64,000 nt of DNA from assembly GCA_964016885.1 (NCBI GenBank), contig OZ024743.1:200694001-200758000 (forward strand), read 5' to 3'. Origin of the DNA: Eledone cirrhosa (lineage: Eukaryota). The notes under the pieces are model-generated. The model was given only the letters and a program-made list of their open reading frames with translations, searched no databases and was not told the DNA's origin. Shown in pieces: positions 40,748 to 62,680 of this stretch. Every line of letters begins with the position of its first letter. Position 1 is the first letter of the stretch. A program made the translations under genes and the position numbers.

Positions 40748-41410
40748 TGTGCTTACCACCCAATTTGACAGAATTGGTGCTCGCAAATTACTATTTTATG
40801 CACATATTATCAATGGTTATGACATGGAAACCTGATGAAAATGACTAGCTTTGTAGAAAAAAGAGGCATGTGTGTGGAAATACCATTTACAAAGCTAGTC
40901 ATTTTTTATTGCAGCGGAAGTCATATTTTTTGTTAATATGCTAAAAGCATAGTCCACTGCGAGCATCTTGGAAGTTGATAGCACATGCAAAAATGAAGGA
41001 AACATTTTTTTTCTAACATAAATCAAAGTGGAAATTTAAATCCTCACTTATAACAAAGCACACCACAGCACATTAATCTATTCCAATCCACACCATATAC
41101 TTCACCATAACCATACTTCACCATATGGTAAATTTATTACAGAACACCTACTCTTACCATTTACATCACACCAATGCTCGCAGTTGACTATTTTTTCCAC
41201 ATATTATGAATGAATATAACTTTGAAACCTATCATCAATGATTAGCTTTGTAGAAAAATGAAGGCAGAAAGTGGGTGGAAAAACCATTCACAAAGCTAGT
41301 CATTTTTAATTGCAGTGGAAATCATATTTGTTGTTAATATGCTAAAAAAATAGTCAATTCCAAGCATTTTGGAGGTCGGATTAGTTGATAGGACATAAAA
41401 AAACATAGGA
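32560..41410. repeat. Complex satellite, ~870-bp unit with 1743-bp higher-order repeat
   Basis: Marker GCATAGTCCACTGCGA at ~33791, 34417, 35711, 36566, 37435, 38309, 39178, 40058 and 40947. Each unit holds three diverged subrepeats plus an inverted arm. Confidence 0.9.
32881..33193 (+). mobile_element. SINE family A, full-length, inserted in a satellite unit
   Basis: GGAGGCACATGGCTTAGTGGTTAGAGC (A box), GAGTTCAATTC (B box), (TGA)n tail and probable TSD ATGGTAA. Confidence 0.88.
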
Positions 41411-41530
41411 AAACAAATATTGTCTATATGTTTCTGTGGAAAGTCAGGTCTTCTGTATTACTGTGTGACGCCAGAGGTCATGGTCGTGTGTCATTGCCCT
41501 TGAGAGGTGCAATTGGGAAAGGTCGGCTTA

Positions 41531-42510
41531 GAAATATTTACTTCTGCATTCACAGATTGATTTTTTTTTTTAGTTTCAGAAGATCCCATTAAGGGTGAAA
41601 GCAGCCGATTCTTTGCTTAAACTTTAATCTGTTAGTTTAATAAATATTTGCTCTACGGTTCTTATATATTTTATATATATTTATCCTTATCGAGCCCTCT
41701 TTGGATGTTAGTCTTCAAATTTATTATTATTACTATTTGGTTCCCTTGATTGAGTACTCTATTGACTTATATTCATCATGCAGAAACATCTGAATATTTC
41801 TACAAAGAACATACCCGTACCAAGCAGGAAGAAATACCTAAAACTACGTCTCCACGAACCAAAGTATCGCTTTCCTGTCTTCCTTCGGCTGCAATGTTTT
41901 TCGAAATATTTACTTCTGCGTTCACAGATTGATTCTTTTTTTTTTTTTTTTTAATTTCAGAAGATCCCATTAAGGGTGAAAGCAGCCGATTATTTGCTTA
42001 AACTTTAATCTGTTAGTTTAATAAATATTTGCTCTACGGTTCTTATATATTTTATATATATTTATCCTTATCGAGCCCTCTTTGGATGTTAGTCTTCAAA
42101 TTTATTATTATTACTATTTGGTTCCCTTGATTGAGTACTCTATTGACTTATATTCATCATGCAGAAACATCTGAATATTTCTACAAAGAACATACCCGTA
42201 CCAAGCAGGAAGAAATACCTAAAACTACGTCTCCACGAACCAAAGTATCGCTTTCCCGTCTTCCTTCGGCTGCAATGTTTTTCGAAATATTTACTTCTGC
42301 GTTCACAGATTGATCTTTTTTTTTTTTTTTTTATTTATTTATTTTTTATTTCAGAAGATCCCATTAAGGGTGAAAGCAGCCGATTCTTTGCTAAACTTTA
42401 ATCTGTTATTTTAGTAAATATCTGCTCTACGGTTATTATATAATTGATATATATTTATCCCTATAGAGCCTTCTTTGGATTTTAGTCTTCATATGTATTA
42501 TTATTACTAT
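41531..42510 (+). mobile_element. Tandem ~381-394-bp PLE-derived repeats (~2.6 copies) with degenerate hammerheads
   Basis: C[A]GAAGA-U CCC AUUAA GGG U-GAAA-GC at 41577, 41958 and 42352. The unit includes MQKHLNISTKNIPVPSRKKYLK, resembling the S(L/T)KNIPIPS..Y N-terminus of some PLE ORFs. Confidence 0.6.
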
Positions 42511-42952
42511 ATATATATATATATCTATATCATCATCATCATCATCACCGTTTTACGTCCGTTCTTCCACGCTAGCATGGGTTAGACGGGTTGTCCTGTT
42601 GTGAGCAGTGTCTGGTCGGCTGACCATGCCTTGCTCATACAGGAACTGATTTGGCTTGATTTCTACAGCTGGATGCCCTTCCTAACACCGTCATTTACAG
42701 TGAGTGCTTGGTGCTTTTTCGTGGCGCCTACAAGTCCACTTTACAGTGTGGGCTGGGTGCTTTTTTGCGGTGGGGGGCATATTGTCTGTATGCTTCAGCT
42801 TGTACCCATGGGAAGTCGGGTACTCTATTACTGCGTGACGCCAGAAGTCACGGTCGTGTGTCATTGTCTTTGAGAGGTGCAAGAAATATATATGTGTATG
42901 TGTGTGTGTGTGTATATTAGTTTATATATATATACATACATACATACATATT

Positions 42953-43264
42953 GAGAGCATTGGCCTTGCAATCGAAAGGTTGTGAGTTCAATTCTCATAC
43001 CGGGTGATGTGTTGTTTCCTTGAGCAAGACACTTTATTTCACATTGCTCCAGTTTACTCAGCTGTAGAAATGAGATGATAGGACTGGGGTCCCTATCATT
43101 CCACTGCAAAGTGGATGTGGAGGTGTCACGGGAAAAAAGCACCCAGCACTCACTGTAAATGAGGTTGGTATTAGGAAGGGCATCCAGCTGTAGAAATCAA
43201 GCCAGAATCAGTTCCCGTCCCACCCTTGCAAGCAGGGAAAAAGTGGACGTAAAATGAAATGATG
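42953..43264 (+). mobile_element. SINE family A copy (another copy at ~43760-44072, minus strand)
   Basis: Close match to 32881-33193. Confidence 0.85.
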
Positions 43265-43600
43265 AATGTGCCCAGCTGTGGTCACCCCCATAGTATCAAA
43301 CTAACCATGGAGCTTGAAGCAATCCAAGGAAGCTACACCAAGAAGGTTGCCACGATGGAGATAAACTACTGGGAGAGTCTAAAAGAACTGAAACTCTACT
43401 CCTCGGAGTGAAGACGGGAGAGATATGCAATGATATACATATGGAAAATCCTGGGGGGGACTAAGACCAAACTTTCGCATCGAGAGCTGGACCAATTCTC
43501 GAACAGGACGTCACTGTGTGGTACCAAAGGTCCTGTCTTCCACATCTAGAATCAGGAGCAGCTATTGCAATATCCTGGGGTTCAAAGGCCCTCAACTTGG
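43265..43600 (+). mobile_element. CR1-group LINE C-terminal fragment
   Basis: NYWESLKELKLYSSE*RRERYAMIYIWKIL, related to the C-terminus of the 50-52 kb LINE. Confidence 0.7.
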
Positions 43601-44389
43601 TTTTCAAAATTTAAATTTGTGTTTCCTATTCATCAATGCTTCAAGCAAGCTATAAAACTCTGTTATATTTCATCATCATCATTTTATGTCAGTTCTTCTA
43701 TGCTAGCATGGGTTGTCCTGTTGTGGGCAGTGTCCGGTTGGCTTACCTTGTCCTGCTCATACGGGAACTGATTCTGGCTTGATTTCTACAGCTGGATGCC
43801 CTTCCTAACACCAACCTCATTTACAGTGAGTGCTGGGTGTTTTTTTATTTTTAAATTTTTAAATTTTTAAATTTTTTAATTTTTTTTTGTTGTGGCACCT
43901 CCACGACCACTTTGCAGTGGAATGATAGGGACCCCAGTCCTATCATCTCATTACTGGAGCAATGTGAAATAAAGTGTCTTGCTCAAGGAAACAACACATC
44001 ACCCGGTCCGAGAATTAAACTCACAACCTTTCAATTGCAAGCCCAATGCTCTAACCACCGAGCCATGTGCCTTCTATTGTTGGCAATGTTAGGTCAGGTG
44101 ACCATGTCTTGCTCATAAAGAACTGATTTTGGCTTGGTTTCTACAGCTGGATGCCCTTCCTAATGCCAAGCTCATTTACAATGAGTACTGGATGTTTTTT
44201 TTATTTTTTTTTTGTTGTGATTCCTCCACAACTACTTTACAGTGTGGACTGGGTGTTTTTTACCGTGTCACCATCACGACCACTTTACAGTGTTTCGGCC
44301 TGTTCTCATGAAAGATATATTGGCGAGTGGGATGGAGTGGTGCATACTGTATGTATATTTCAGCCTTGGCCTGGGCCCGTGGGAAGTTG

Positions 44390-45070
44390 GGGTTTCTGTA
44401 TTACCTCATAATGCCAGAGATCTTGGTCCTGTGACATTGCCTTTCAGAAGTGCAATTGGGCAAGGTTGGCTTTTATCATTTCATCTCAAGTCTTTCTGGG
44501 ACTTATGTAGCTGTCATCCTTCATACGAATCACATGTCCATAACAACATAATCTCTCCTGCACACATTTGATTCCTCTTATGCCTAGTTTCTCTTTCAGT
44601 TTGTTTATGCTTTGCTGTTCGCGTATATTACTATTACACATCCACCGGAGCATACAAGCTTCATTCCTTTCTAATCTACGCAAGTCTTCTACACAGAGAG
44701 CCCAGCTCTCACTACCATGCAACATTGCCGTTCATATGCACACATAATACAGTCTACCTTTTATTCTGAGGGAAAAGCCTTTTGTATCCAGCTGTGGCAG
44801 TAGCTCTCTCAACTTCTTCCATCCCGTTCTTTCAGAACACCCCCCCCTCCGCTGCTAATTCGGTATTGTTTTTAGCAAGTCCTCCCAGACTTTAATGTCA
44901 CTTGTTTTCAGTGATTGTTTGCTGCTTACTGTCGTGGTACAACTGCTACATGTAAAGCCTACATTCTTAACTAAACTTCCTGAGATCCCACTACATCTCT
45001 TGTGTACTCATAGTTTGCATATGGGGGAGAGGATGGAGTTTCTACCTACACCTCCCCTACATAATGAGCA
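44390..45070 (-). mobile_element. RTE LINE fragment related to the 18-22 kb element
   Basis: [24 protein letters not shown]...FTCSSC and MLHGSESWALCVEDLRRLERNEACMLRWMC. Confidence 0.85.
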
Positions 45071-46030
<960 letters not shown>

Positions 46031-46034
<4 letters not shown>

Positions 46035-46431
46035 GGTACTCAGTAACAGAGAAGACCCGCCTTGCCAGTAGGCATCTCTAACAAAATACACCCCTCCCGC
46101 CGCCACCCCCACCCCATCCACACCACCCCGTTCTATGTAAAGTTATGTTGGTGCCGCGCCATCCAGGCCGAAACAAATGAGATCGTGTAGGTGTCACGAC
46201 AAAAAAACACACAGTCCACGCTGTAATGTGGCCGTGTAGGCAACACGGTAAAAACCTCCCAGACCCACACTGTAAATGTGGTTGGTGTTAGGAAGGGCAT
46301 CCAACTGTAGAAAACCTGCCAGACAGTCCTATGCGAGCAAGACAATCACTCTTGCCTCAAGTGGGACTACCCCCGTCCAAACCCATGCAAGCGTGGAACA
46401 CGGACGTTAAACTTTGATGATGATGATGATG
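46031..46431 (+). mobile_element. RTE LINE 3' UTR fragment
   Basis: Reverse-complement match to ~18250-18600; (GAT)n tail. Confidence 0.8.
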
Positions 46432-46464
<33 letters not shown>

Positions 46465-46681
46465 CATATATATATACATATATATATACACACACATATA
46501 TATATACACACACATATATATATACACACACATATATATATATATATACTTATATATATATATACACACATATATATATATATACACACATATATATATA
46601 TATACACATATATATATATACACACATATATATATATATATACACATATATATATATACACACATATATATATATACACAC

Positions 46682-46712
<31 letters not shown>

Positions 46713-46794
46713 TATATATATATATATACACATATATAAATATATATATATACACATATATATATATATATACACACATATATATATATATATA

Positions 46795-50387
<3,593 letters not shown>

Positions 50388-50389
50388 AA

Positions 50390-52590
50390 CTTTGAATAAC
50401 TTTGAAATGTTTTGGCCAGTATTGGCCCAGGCCATGTCTAACTTAATAGCACCACCTGGCGAAGTCTTTCAATTCAGGATTTGGGCACCATGGCCCATTC
50501 GAGAAGAGAATTACTGTTTGCGGAGACATATCCGGGTGTGGGTGGTTTGTCCGGGATTACTTGGAGGAATTTGTCCAAAGACTTCTTGAATTTTGTGTGG
50601 TCAGTTTCTGTTTTGACGTGTCCTGGTGTGATGTTGAAGAGAGCAGGGCCGATTGAGGTGAAATAATTGTGCCGTATTGTTGTTATGAGTTGCGATTTAG
50701 ATTTTTGAATGGGACGGATAGCACGGGGCCCAAGCCTTGGGTGTATCTTGAAGGCGATGCCAACATCATTTGGGCAGTGATGATGGAACATTTTCCACAT
50801 TCCACATCATGCAGATAATATAACGCTCACGGCGACGTTGGAGTGAGTAAAGTTTCAGGTTTTCTAATCGACCCCAGTAGTCAAGGTCTGACATGCCATC
50901 TATCTTTTTCGTGATTGCCCTTTGAGGAGCTTCAAGTTTCATGATACTTTGTTTCGTGTGGGGAGACCACAGTGGACAACAGTATTCAAGGTGTGGTCGG
51001 GCGAAAGTAGAGAAGAGAAGGATAATGGTGCGGGAATCTCTCGACTGGAAGGTTCTGAGGATCCAGGAACACATTCTGCCGGCCATGTCAACTTTGCTGC
51101 TTATATGCGTGGTCCAGCTTATGTTGCTGTCCACGGTTACTCCCAAGTCTCTGATGTTGTTAGATGCCACGAGAGTTTCCCCGGAGGGAAGGGAGTACGG
51201 GAGTTTCAGAGCATCCTCTTTTCCAAAGTGGATCAGTTCGAATTTGTCTTCGTTCAGTAACATGTTGTTCTTTTCTGCCCATTGGGTAACAGCCAGTAGG
51301 TCTGACTGAAGGCTTATCCGGTCATCCACGCCATTGATGACCTTTTGGAGCTTGGAATCATCAGCGAAAATTTTAATGTTGCTGTGTTTGATGATGTCAG
51401 TGATGTCATTAATATAGATGATGAAGAGAAGTGGGCCCAACACAGTGCCTTGTGGGACCCCACTACTGACTTTGGCTGGGCTTGATTTGACTCCCTCAAC
51501 TACAACATGTTGGGTTCTGTTTGACAGGAAGCTCTTGATCCACTGCAGCAGCTTTCCAGTGACACCAATATTGGACAGCTTTCTCAGTAGAATGTTATGA
51601 TCAACCCTGTCAAAGGCCTTGCTGAAATCAAGGTAGATAACATCAGTGTTGGAACCCTCTCCCAAGGCTCTCAAAATGTCATCAAAGTGATGCAGTAGCT
51701 GCGTCAGGCAATCCCTTCCATTACGGAATCCATGCTGGTTGGAGTTCAGCATATTGTTACTCTCAAGGAAGTGGGTCATTCGCGATCTCACCACTCGCTC
51801 AAATACCTTAATGATATGAGAGGTGAGTGAGATTGGACGGTAATTCACGGCAAGGGATTTGTTTCCCTTTTTGAAAACTGGGACAACAGACTGGGATAGA
51901 AGGTTTTCTGGCACATATCCAGCATCCAGTGAGTTCCGCCACAGATTGGCAAGAGGAGATGCAAGTTGGTGTTGACACGCCTTCAAGACACAAGCAGGGA
52001 ACCTATCGGGACCTACTGCTGAATTATGCTTGATTTCCTTTATTGCCGCCAAGACATCAGGGGCGCCAAACGTTATGTCCGATAAGGTGTAATGGGGAGT
52101 AACATCGCCGATACAGCCCAGATCGGCCATATCAGGATTGCTGAAAACAGAGCAGTATTGTTTCTGCAGTATCTCACCCATGGTTTTAGCATTGTCTTGA
52201 AGAGTGCCATTTTCATCAATTAGAGGGCCAACAGTAGAGCCAGTGATTTTGTGTTTTTTTGCAAATGAAAAGAACACTTTGGGATTGAGTTTGATCTTGT
52301 CAATGGCCCAGGCCTCTTCAGCTCTTCTCTGATTGTTGATGAGGGCCATTATGTTGTTTTGGAGGTTATGTTTTTTAATCTCTAGTGATGAAATGGCAGT
52401 CAAGTTGATGTGTTGCTGCTGACAGTATTTCAGCTTGTTGATTTTTTTGTTCGTTCTCTTAATTTTTCTGATGAGCGTTTTTCTATTTCTAGGGATTCTG
52501 CTCTTAGATTTGTTTATAGTTCTTAATGGGGTGTGTTTAGCACATATGTTTGTAACAGTGTCCACAAATGTCTGCCAGGACTTTTTGATG
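50390..52590 (-). mobile_element. 5'-truncated CR1/L2-group LINE with an open RT region
   Basis: 599-aa ORF with [54 protein letters not shown] and YSLQRRRER. One 7-bp duplication causes a frameshift near 50800. Confidence 0.92.
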
Positions 52591-52596
52591 TTAGAT

Positions 52597-57494
<4,898 letters not shown>

Positions 57495-57694
57495 NNNNNN
57501 NNNNNNNNNNNNNNNNNNNNNNNNNNNNNNNNNNNNNNNNNNNNNNNNNNNNNNNNNNNNNNNNNNNNNNNNNNNNNNNNNNNNNNNNNNNNNNNNNNNN
57601 NNNNNNNNNNNNNNNNNNNNNNNNNNNNNNNNNNNNNNNNNNNNNNNNNNNNNNNNNNNNNNNNNNNNNNNNNNNNNNNNNNNNNNNNNNNNNN
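57495..57694. other. Assembly gap (200 N)
   Basis: Run of N. Confidence 1.
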
Positions 57695-57916
57695 CGTGTT
57701 ACAATTGTTTCGCCGGCAGGTAGCTCGAGACATGATCACTGTATGGATCTGGCTAATTCTACGGCTGCAGGTTCCTTCGGACACATGCAATTCTTTCGGA
57801 GCAAATTTTCTGATATTTCGTTTTTTTATACTATTCACACTCTGCTCTGTATGAATATTTGAGTGCCTAATTTTGGCATACGGCCTATGGAAGCACCATA
57901 GCTACATTATACACAC

Positions 57917-57952
<36 letters not shown>

Positions 57953-57977
57953 TTAATCTATTTTATTTCTCATTCTT

Positions 57978-58013
57978 TCTTCTGATGAAGGACTAGCGTC
58001 CGAAACTTTAAGA
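57978..58013 (+). ncRNA. Isolated minimal hammerhead-like motif (PLE remnant)
   Basis: UCUU-CUGAUGA-A GGAC UAGC GUCC-GAAA-CU-UU-AAGA; stem III probably decayed from ACGU. Confidence 0.55.
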
Positions 58014-58097
58014 CCCTCTTCCTGCTATATCAAGCGTTAACCTAATATATACTTCCATATACTGTACCGATTGTGATCTTATTTCTGTTTACCTTTT

Positions 58098-58142
<45 letters not shown>

Positions 58143-58920
58143 AAGGATCGATTGACTTTCGTCAAATCGGACCGAGGAAACAATGTTTCCGTTGGTCTTT
58201 CCAGTTGCTAATACTATCTGAACATAACGCATTGCCCGGTCCAGGAATCGAACTCACAACATCAAGATTGTGAATCCAATTCTCTAACCACTCAGCCACA
58301 CGTACTATATATATAAGTGTGTGTGTGTGTTTACGTTTTGTATCTATCTCTGTTTATATCCCGTAACTTAAGGGTTCGACAAAAAAGACACTTATACAAT
58401 AAGTACCAGACGTAAAACAAGTAAGTATTGTGATTTGATATTATAGATTAAATGAAGGTGGTGCTCCAGCATGACCGCAGTTTAATGACTGAAACCAGTA
58501 ATTAAATATATGTATTTTTCTATGAATAAACACTCTCTCCAAATTTATTTTTTGTTTCATTTAATGTCTTATTAAACTATCTTGATAAAATTATGGGAAT
58601 GGGTTCCGCCACAAAATAAATTTTGGAACCATTGAAGATTGTAGTAACAATTGTGAGTGTATTTCGTTCTAATTATTAGGATTTGTATGATTATATTTTA
58701 CTGAAATTAGTATTATAATTAATGGAGTAAAGCTGAGGTAAGTGAGGACGAAGAGGTGACAGAATGGGCGAAAGTCATTGATATGGTCACAGGTTGTGAC
58801 GAAGAAATTTTGATAATTGATTAATTCGTAGCTGAGACAGTAAAGTTAAGACATGGGAGTAGTTGGGGTTAAACTGGAATACGCCTTCAGAAAGGGATCC
58901 AGTTGTATCTGACAGGACCC

Positions 58921-59406
58921 GCTGGAAGGAGTGTTTGAGGACTCTGCCTCCACGACCCTCTCAGGAATAAGTGGGCTGGAAGGAGTGTTTGAGGACTCTG
59001 CCTCCACGACCCTCTCAGGAATAAGTGGGCTGGAAGGAGTGTTTGAGGACTCTGCCTCCACGACCCTCTCAGGAATAAGTGGGCTGGAAGGAGTGTTTGA
59101 GGACTCTGCCTCCACGACCCTCTCAGGAATAAGTGGGCTGGAAGGAGTGTTTGAGGACTCTGCCTCCACGACCCTCTCAGGAATAAGTGGGCTGGAAGGA
59201 GTGTTTGAGGACTCTGCCTCCACGACCCTCTCAGGAATAAGTGGGCTGGAAGGAGTGTTTGAGGACTCTGCCTCCACGACCCTCTCAGGAATAAGTGGGC
59301 TGGAAGGAGTGTTTGAGGACTCTGCCTCCACGACCCTCTCAGGAATAAGTGGGCTGGAAGGAGTGTTTGAGGACTCTGCCTCCACGACCCTCTCAGGAAT
59401 AGGTGG
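58921..59406 (+). repeat. 54-bp VNTR, 9 near-identical copies, within a LINE 3' end
   Basis: Unit GCTGGAAGGAGTGTTTGAGGACTCTGCCTCCACGACCCTCTCAGGAATAAGTGG; a single-copy homologue lies at ~62275-62330. Confidence 0.95.
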
Positions 59407-60552
59407 GCGAAGAAGAAAAAAAAAGAAAATTAATTAGTAGATTAACTAACTGATTGATGGAATAATTAACTGATGAATAATTATTTCTACATTTGACACA
59501 AGACCAGCAATTTGAAGGGAAGGGGAAAGTCAATGAAATCGACCTCGGTGCGTTATTTGCTTTATTTTATCGACCCCGTATGGATGAAAGGCAAAGCTAA
59601 CCTCGGCGAGATATAAACCCAGAACGTAAAGGGATGTAACTCTATGCCGCAAAGTATTTTGTCTGAGGCTAATAAAACTGAAATGAAACTTAACTGTTGC
59701 GCGTGTTTTGACCAGCAGCATGACCTTTTCCAAATAAAAATTTATCCTGTATAAATCATCAGAACTGATAGTCACTAGATCACATCATGGTCATCGTCTG
59801 ATAGACTACCTACGGGTCTTTAGTCTACTCAATCAGGGATGACCAGGGGTTGTACAGAAGCTAGAGGAGATTTGCTTGAAATAGCAGCCAAATTTTCCTC
59901 AGTTCATACCAGTCTGTCTTGAAAAAAGGAAGCAGCATGGTTTTTAAAAAGCGACCTGATAGTGTTGACTGATACTCCTTTAACCATATGTCCACTCAAT
60001 TCATGTGCGCTTGAGTCATGGCGACGAGGAAAACAACAACTACGACAAGAATAGTACCAACAACAACATCCACAGTAGCACACATAACTCAACTGATCCG
60101 AGTCTGAATAACAACAACAACAGAACCAACAACATTACTAACAACAACAACCACCATAGCAGCAACTGCGTTCGATTCCTCATCTAAATCTAATTCTTCC
60201 AATAATGATCGAAGGGCTAAAATTACTCCACCACCACCACCACCACCATCACCGCTACTACTAACGCCACAACCTCTACGTCCACCACCAACAAAAAAAT
60301 CAAGAAAAACGCGGCGGCAGCACCAAATAAAACTCACCTCCTCTCCACTACCTTTTCTACTCCACAGGTGCATCGAAAGAAAGAAAAAAAGAAAGAATAT
60401 ATATAAATGGTTTTTTCAGAGGTCACGTCCGGCTGCCATAAAAAAAAAAGTTTCATATAAAAAATACATGGTCTCTGATTTTGAAAACCGGGGTCAATTG
60501 TACAAGAGAGGTCAGCGAATCAGAAAGGAAAGTAGTTTATTTGTGTTCATCA

Positions 60553-60742
60553 GGGCGGTGGATTGTCAGTATCGGTAGAGCGTCAGACACCATGCTTTGC
60601 AGCATAGAGTTATGGCTCTTTACATTCTGAGTTCAAATCCCGCCGAGGTTAACTTTGCCTTTCATTCTTACGGGGTCGATAAAATAAAGTACTAGTAATG
60701 CACTGGGTAATTGCTGGCCTTGTGCCAAAAGTAGAAACAATT
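60553..60742 (+). mobile_element. SINE family B, full-length
   Basis: Matches 3441-3625. Confidence 0.8.
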
Positions 60743-61372
60743 ATTTATTTAATTCTGGTGATTATGCTATCCAATATTTCTGAGGTGTAATTTCAAAAAG
60801 GGATACAAATTTTGGCTGCTATTTCTAGCAGATCGAGTGACTACGTAGGGACCTCATTATTGACTCTCCTCAATGAGGAGTTTTTACAGATGGTCTGTGT
60901 AGTACAAGTGGCATAATTAAGCACTTGTCATTAGTGTTTAATAGGTTTGCTATGGGTCAGTTAAATTAAAAGGTCAGTGAGTGCAGTAAAGGGGCTGGCC
61001 AGTGTGTCCTTCCTAACCTCTTCTCTACACACGCCCTATCCTCTCCAAATGTCTTTAGATTAACATCTCATCTCTTCATCTCAGAACTTTGGCCTCATTT
61101 AATTCTTCAATGTTTCTTTCTTTCGTATTTCACATGTGAATTGTTCGGTATTGTTTTGTTTAGTTTGTTCAGTGACACACACACACATATATATATATAG
61201 AAATATGTAGAACTATGCTTACATACATATACACATGTATGTAAGCATACATACGCACACACATACACATATAATTGTGTGTGTGTCTGTCTTCTGTGTG
61301 TATATATATTTAATATATTATATATATATGTATGAATGTATGTCTATGCATGTGTCCACGACTGTGTCTGTA

Positions 61373-61462
<90 letters not shown>

Positions 61463-62109
61463 TATGTGAGTGTGATGGGAGATTGTGGTTAATGATGAAG
61501 TAGCATTTGTTGTAAAATATCCTCAATTAAATGGAATTTGCCTTTTAGTTAGCGAGGAGGGGGGACAGCGGTAATTGTTAGCAACTCTCAAAGAAAAGGG
61601 GAGATAACCTCAAACAAACACCCTTATTTTTTAGGCGGCGAATTGGCGTCCTCTTTAGAGCATAAGACAAAAGGCTTTGACGCATTTCCTCTGGTTATTT
61701 GCATTCAAATCTGAGTTCAAATCCCGCCTTTCATCTTTTTAGAGTTTTATAAAATATAGTACCAATCGAATGTGGTGAATTGAGAACGTTGTTAGAAAGC
61801 CGTATTTGTTCCACCTCTCAACTTTCTGAGTTCAAATCCCGCTAGGACTTACGTCGGTGACTGACTTAATCCGTCATCCAGTTTAACACCAACACCTGGA
61901 CCTTGGGTACCCTTTTCAGGGTTCAGTTGTTTGCAAGCATGCGGGTCAGGTGTCTGCGTTTTTCTATCCCTATCTCAGAGGTCCTGAAATGTATCAGGCA
62001 CATCCTTACCCTTCATGAATAAACAGTATACAGAAAATCTCCATATCCTTTCAAATAAGACATTTTGCTGCTTGCTACCCCTTAAAGATGTCATTACTAA
62101 TTTAACATT

Positions 62110-62352
62110 CATTTCTCATGAAAAAATCGCAGGACAGATTTTACGGGCAAAACCGACCGGCAGGCGACCCAGGGGTTGACCTCGAGCAAGATGGTTGGAT
62201 AACATGCATGAGCTTGACTGCACGCTCGAGGATCCAGTCGGATCTTTTGGAGGCAGTTGCTTCTGACAGGACCCACTAAAGGGAGTGTTTGAGGACTCTA
62301 CCCCCACGACCCTCTCAGGAATAAGTGGGCAAAGACGAAGATGATGATGATG
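62110..62352 (+). mobile_element. RTE-like LINE 3' end
   Basis: QILRAKPTGRRPRG*PRARWLD followed by the VNTR monomer and a (GAT)n tail. Confidence 0.65.
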
Positions 62353-62499
62353 ATGGTGGTGGTAAGGGGGATAAATATAGTGTTATTTGTAATGGATGGT
62401 GATGATGATGATGAGAGTGGTGATATTTGACTGATGTTGGCGGCGGACTTTATAGTAGTGGCGGTGGCCGGGGATGTTGATGGTAGAGGTGTTAATGAT

Positions 62500-62680
62500 A
62501 ATTGTTTCTACTTTAGGCACAAGGCCAGCAATTATCCAGTGCATTACTGGTACTTTATTTTATCGACCCCGTAAGGATGAAAGGCAAAGTCAACCTCGGC
62601 GGGATTTGAACTCAGATCGTAAAGGGACGTAACTATGCTGGAAAGCATGGCGTCCGACCATCTACCGATACTGCCAATCC
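62500..62680 (-). mobile_element. SINE family B
   Basis: Reverse complement of 60553-60742. Confidence 0.8.

Noticed and set aside
34295-40870. CTGATGA...GAAA in satellite units as hammerheads
   Set aside because: No stem II, stem III or stem I pairing around the motif; chance match.
58921-59406. CRISPR array or repeat-protein CDS
   Set aside because: Contiguous repeats with no spacers, eukaryotic context, and derivation from a LINE end.
60005-60400. Asn/Pro/His-rich exon of another gene
   Set aside because: Trinucleotide low-complexity sequence with no recognisable domain or consistent splice frame; cannot be supported.
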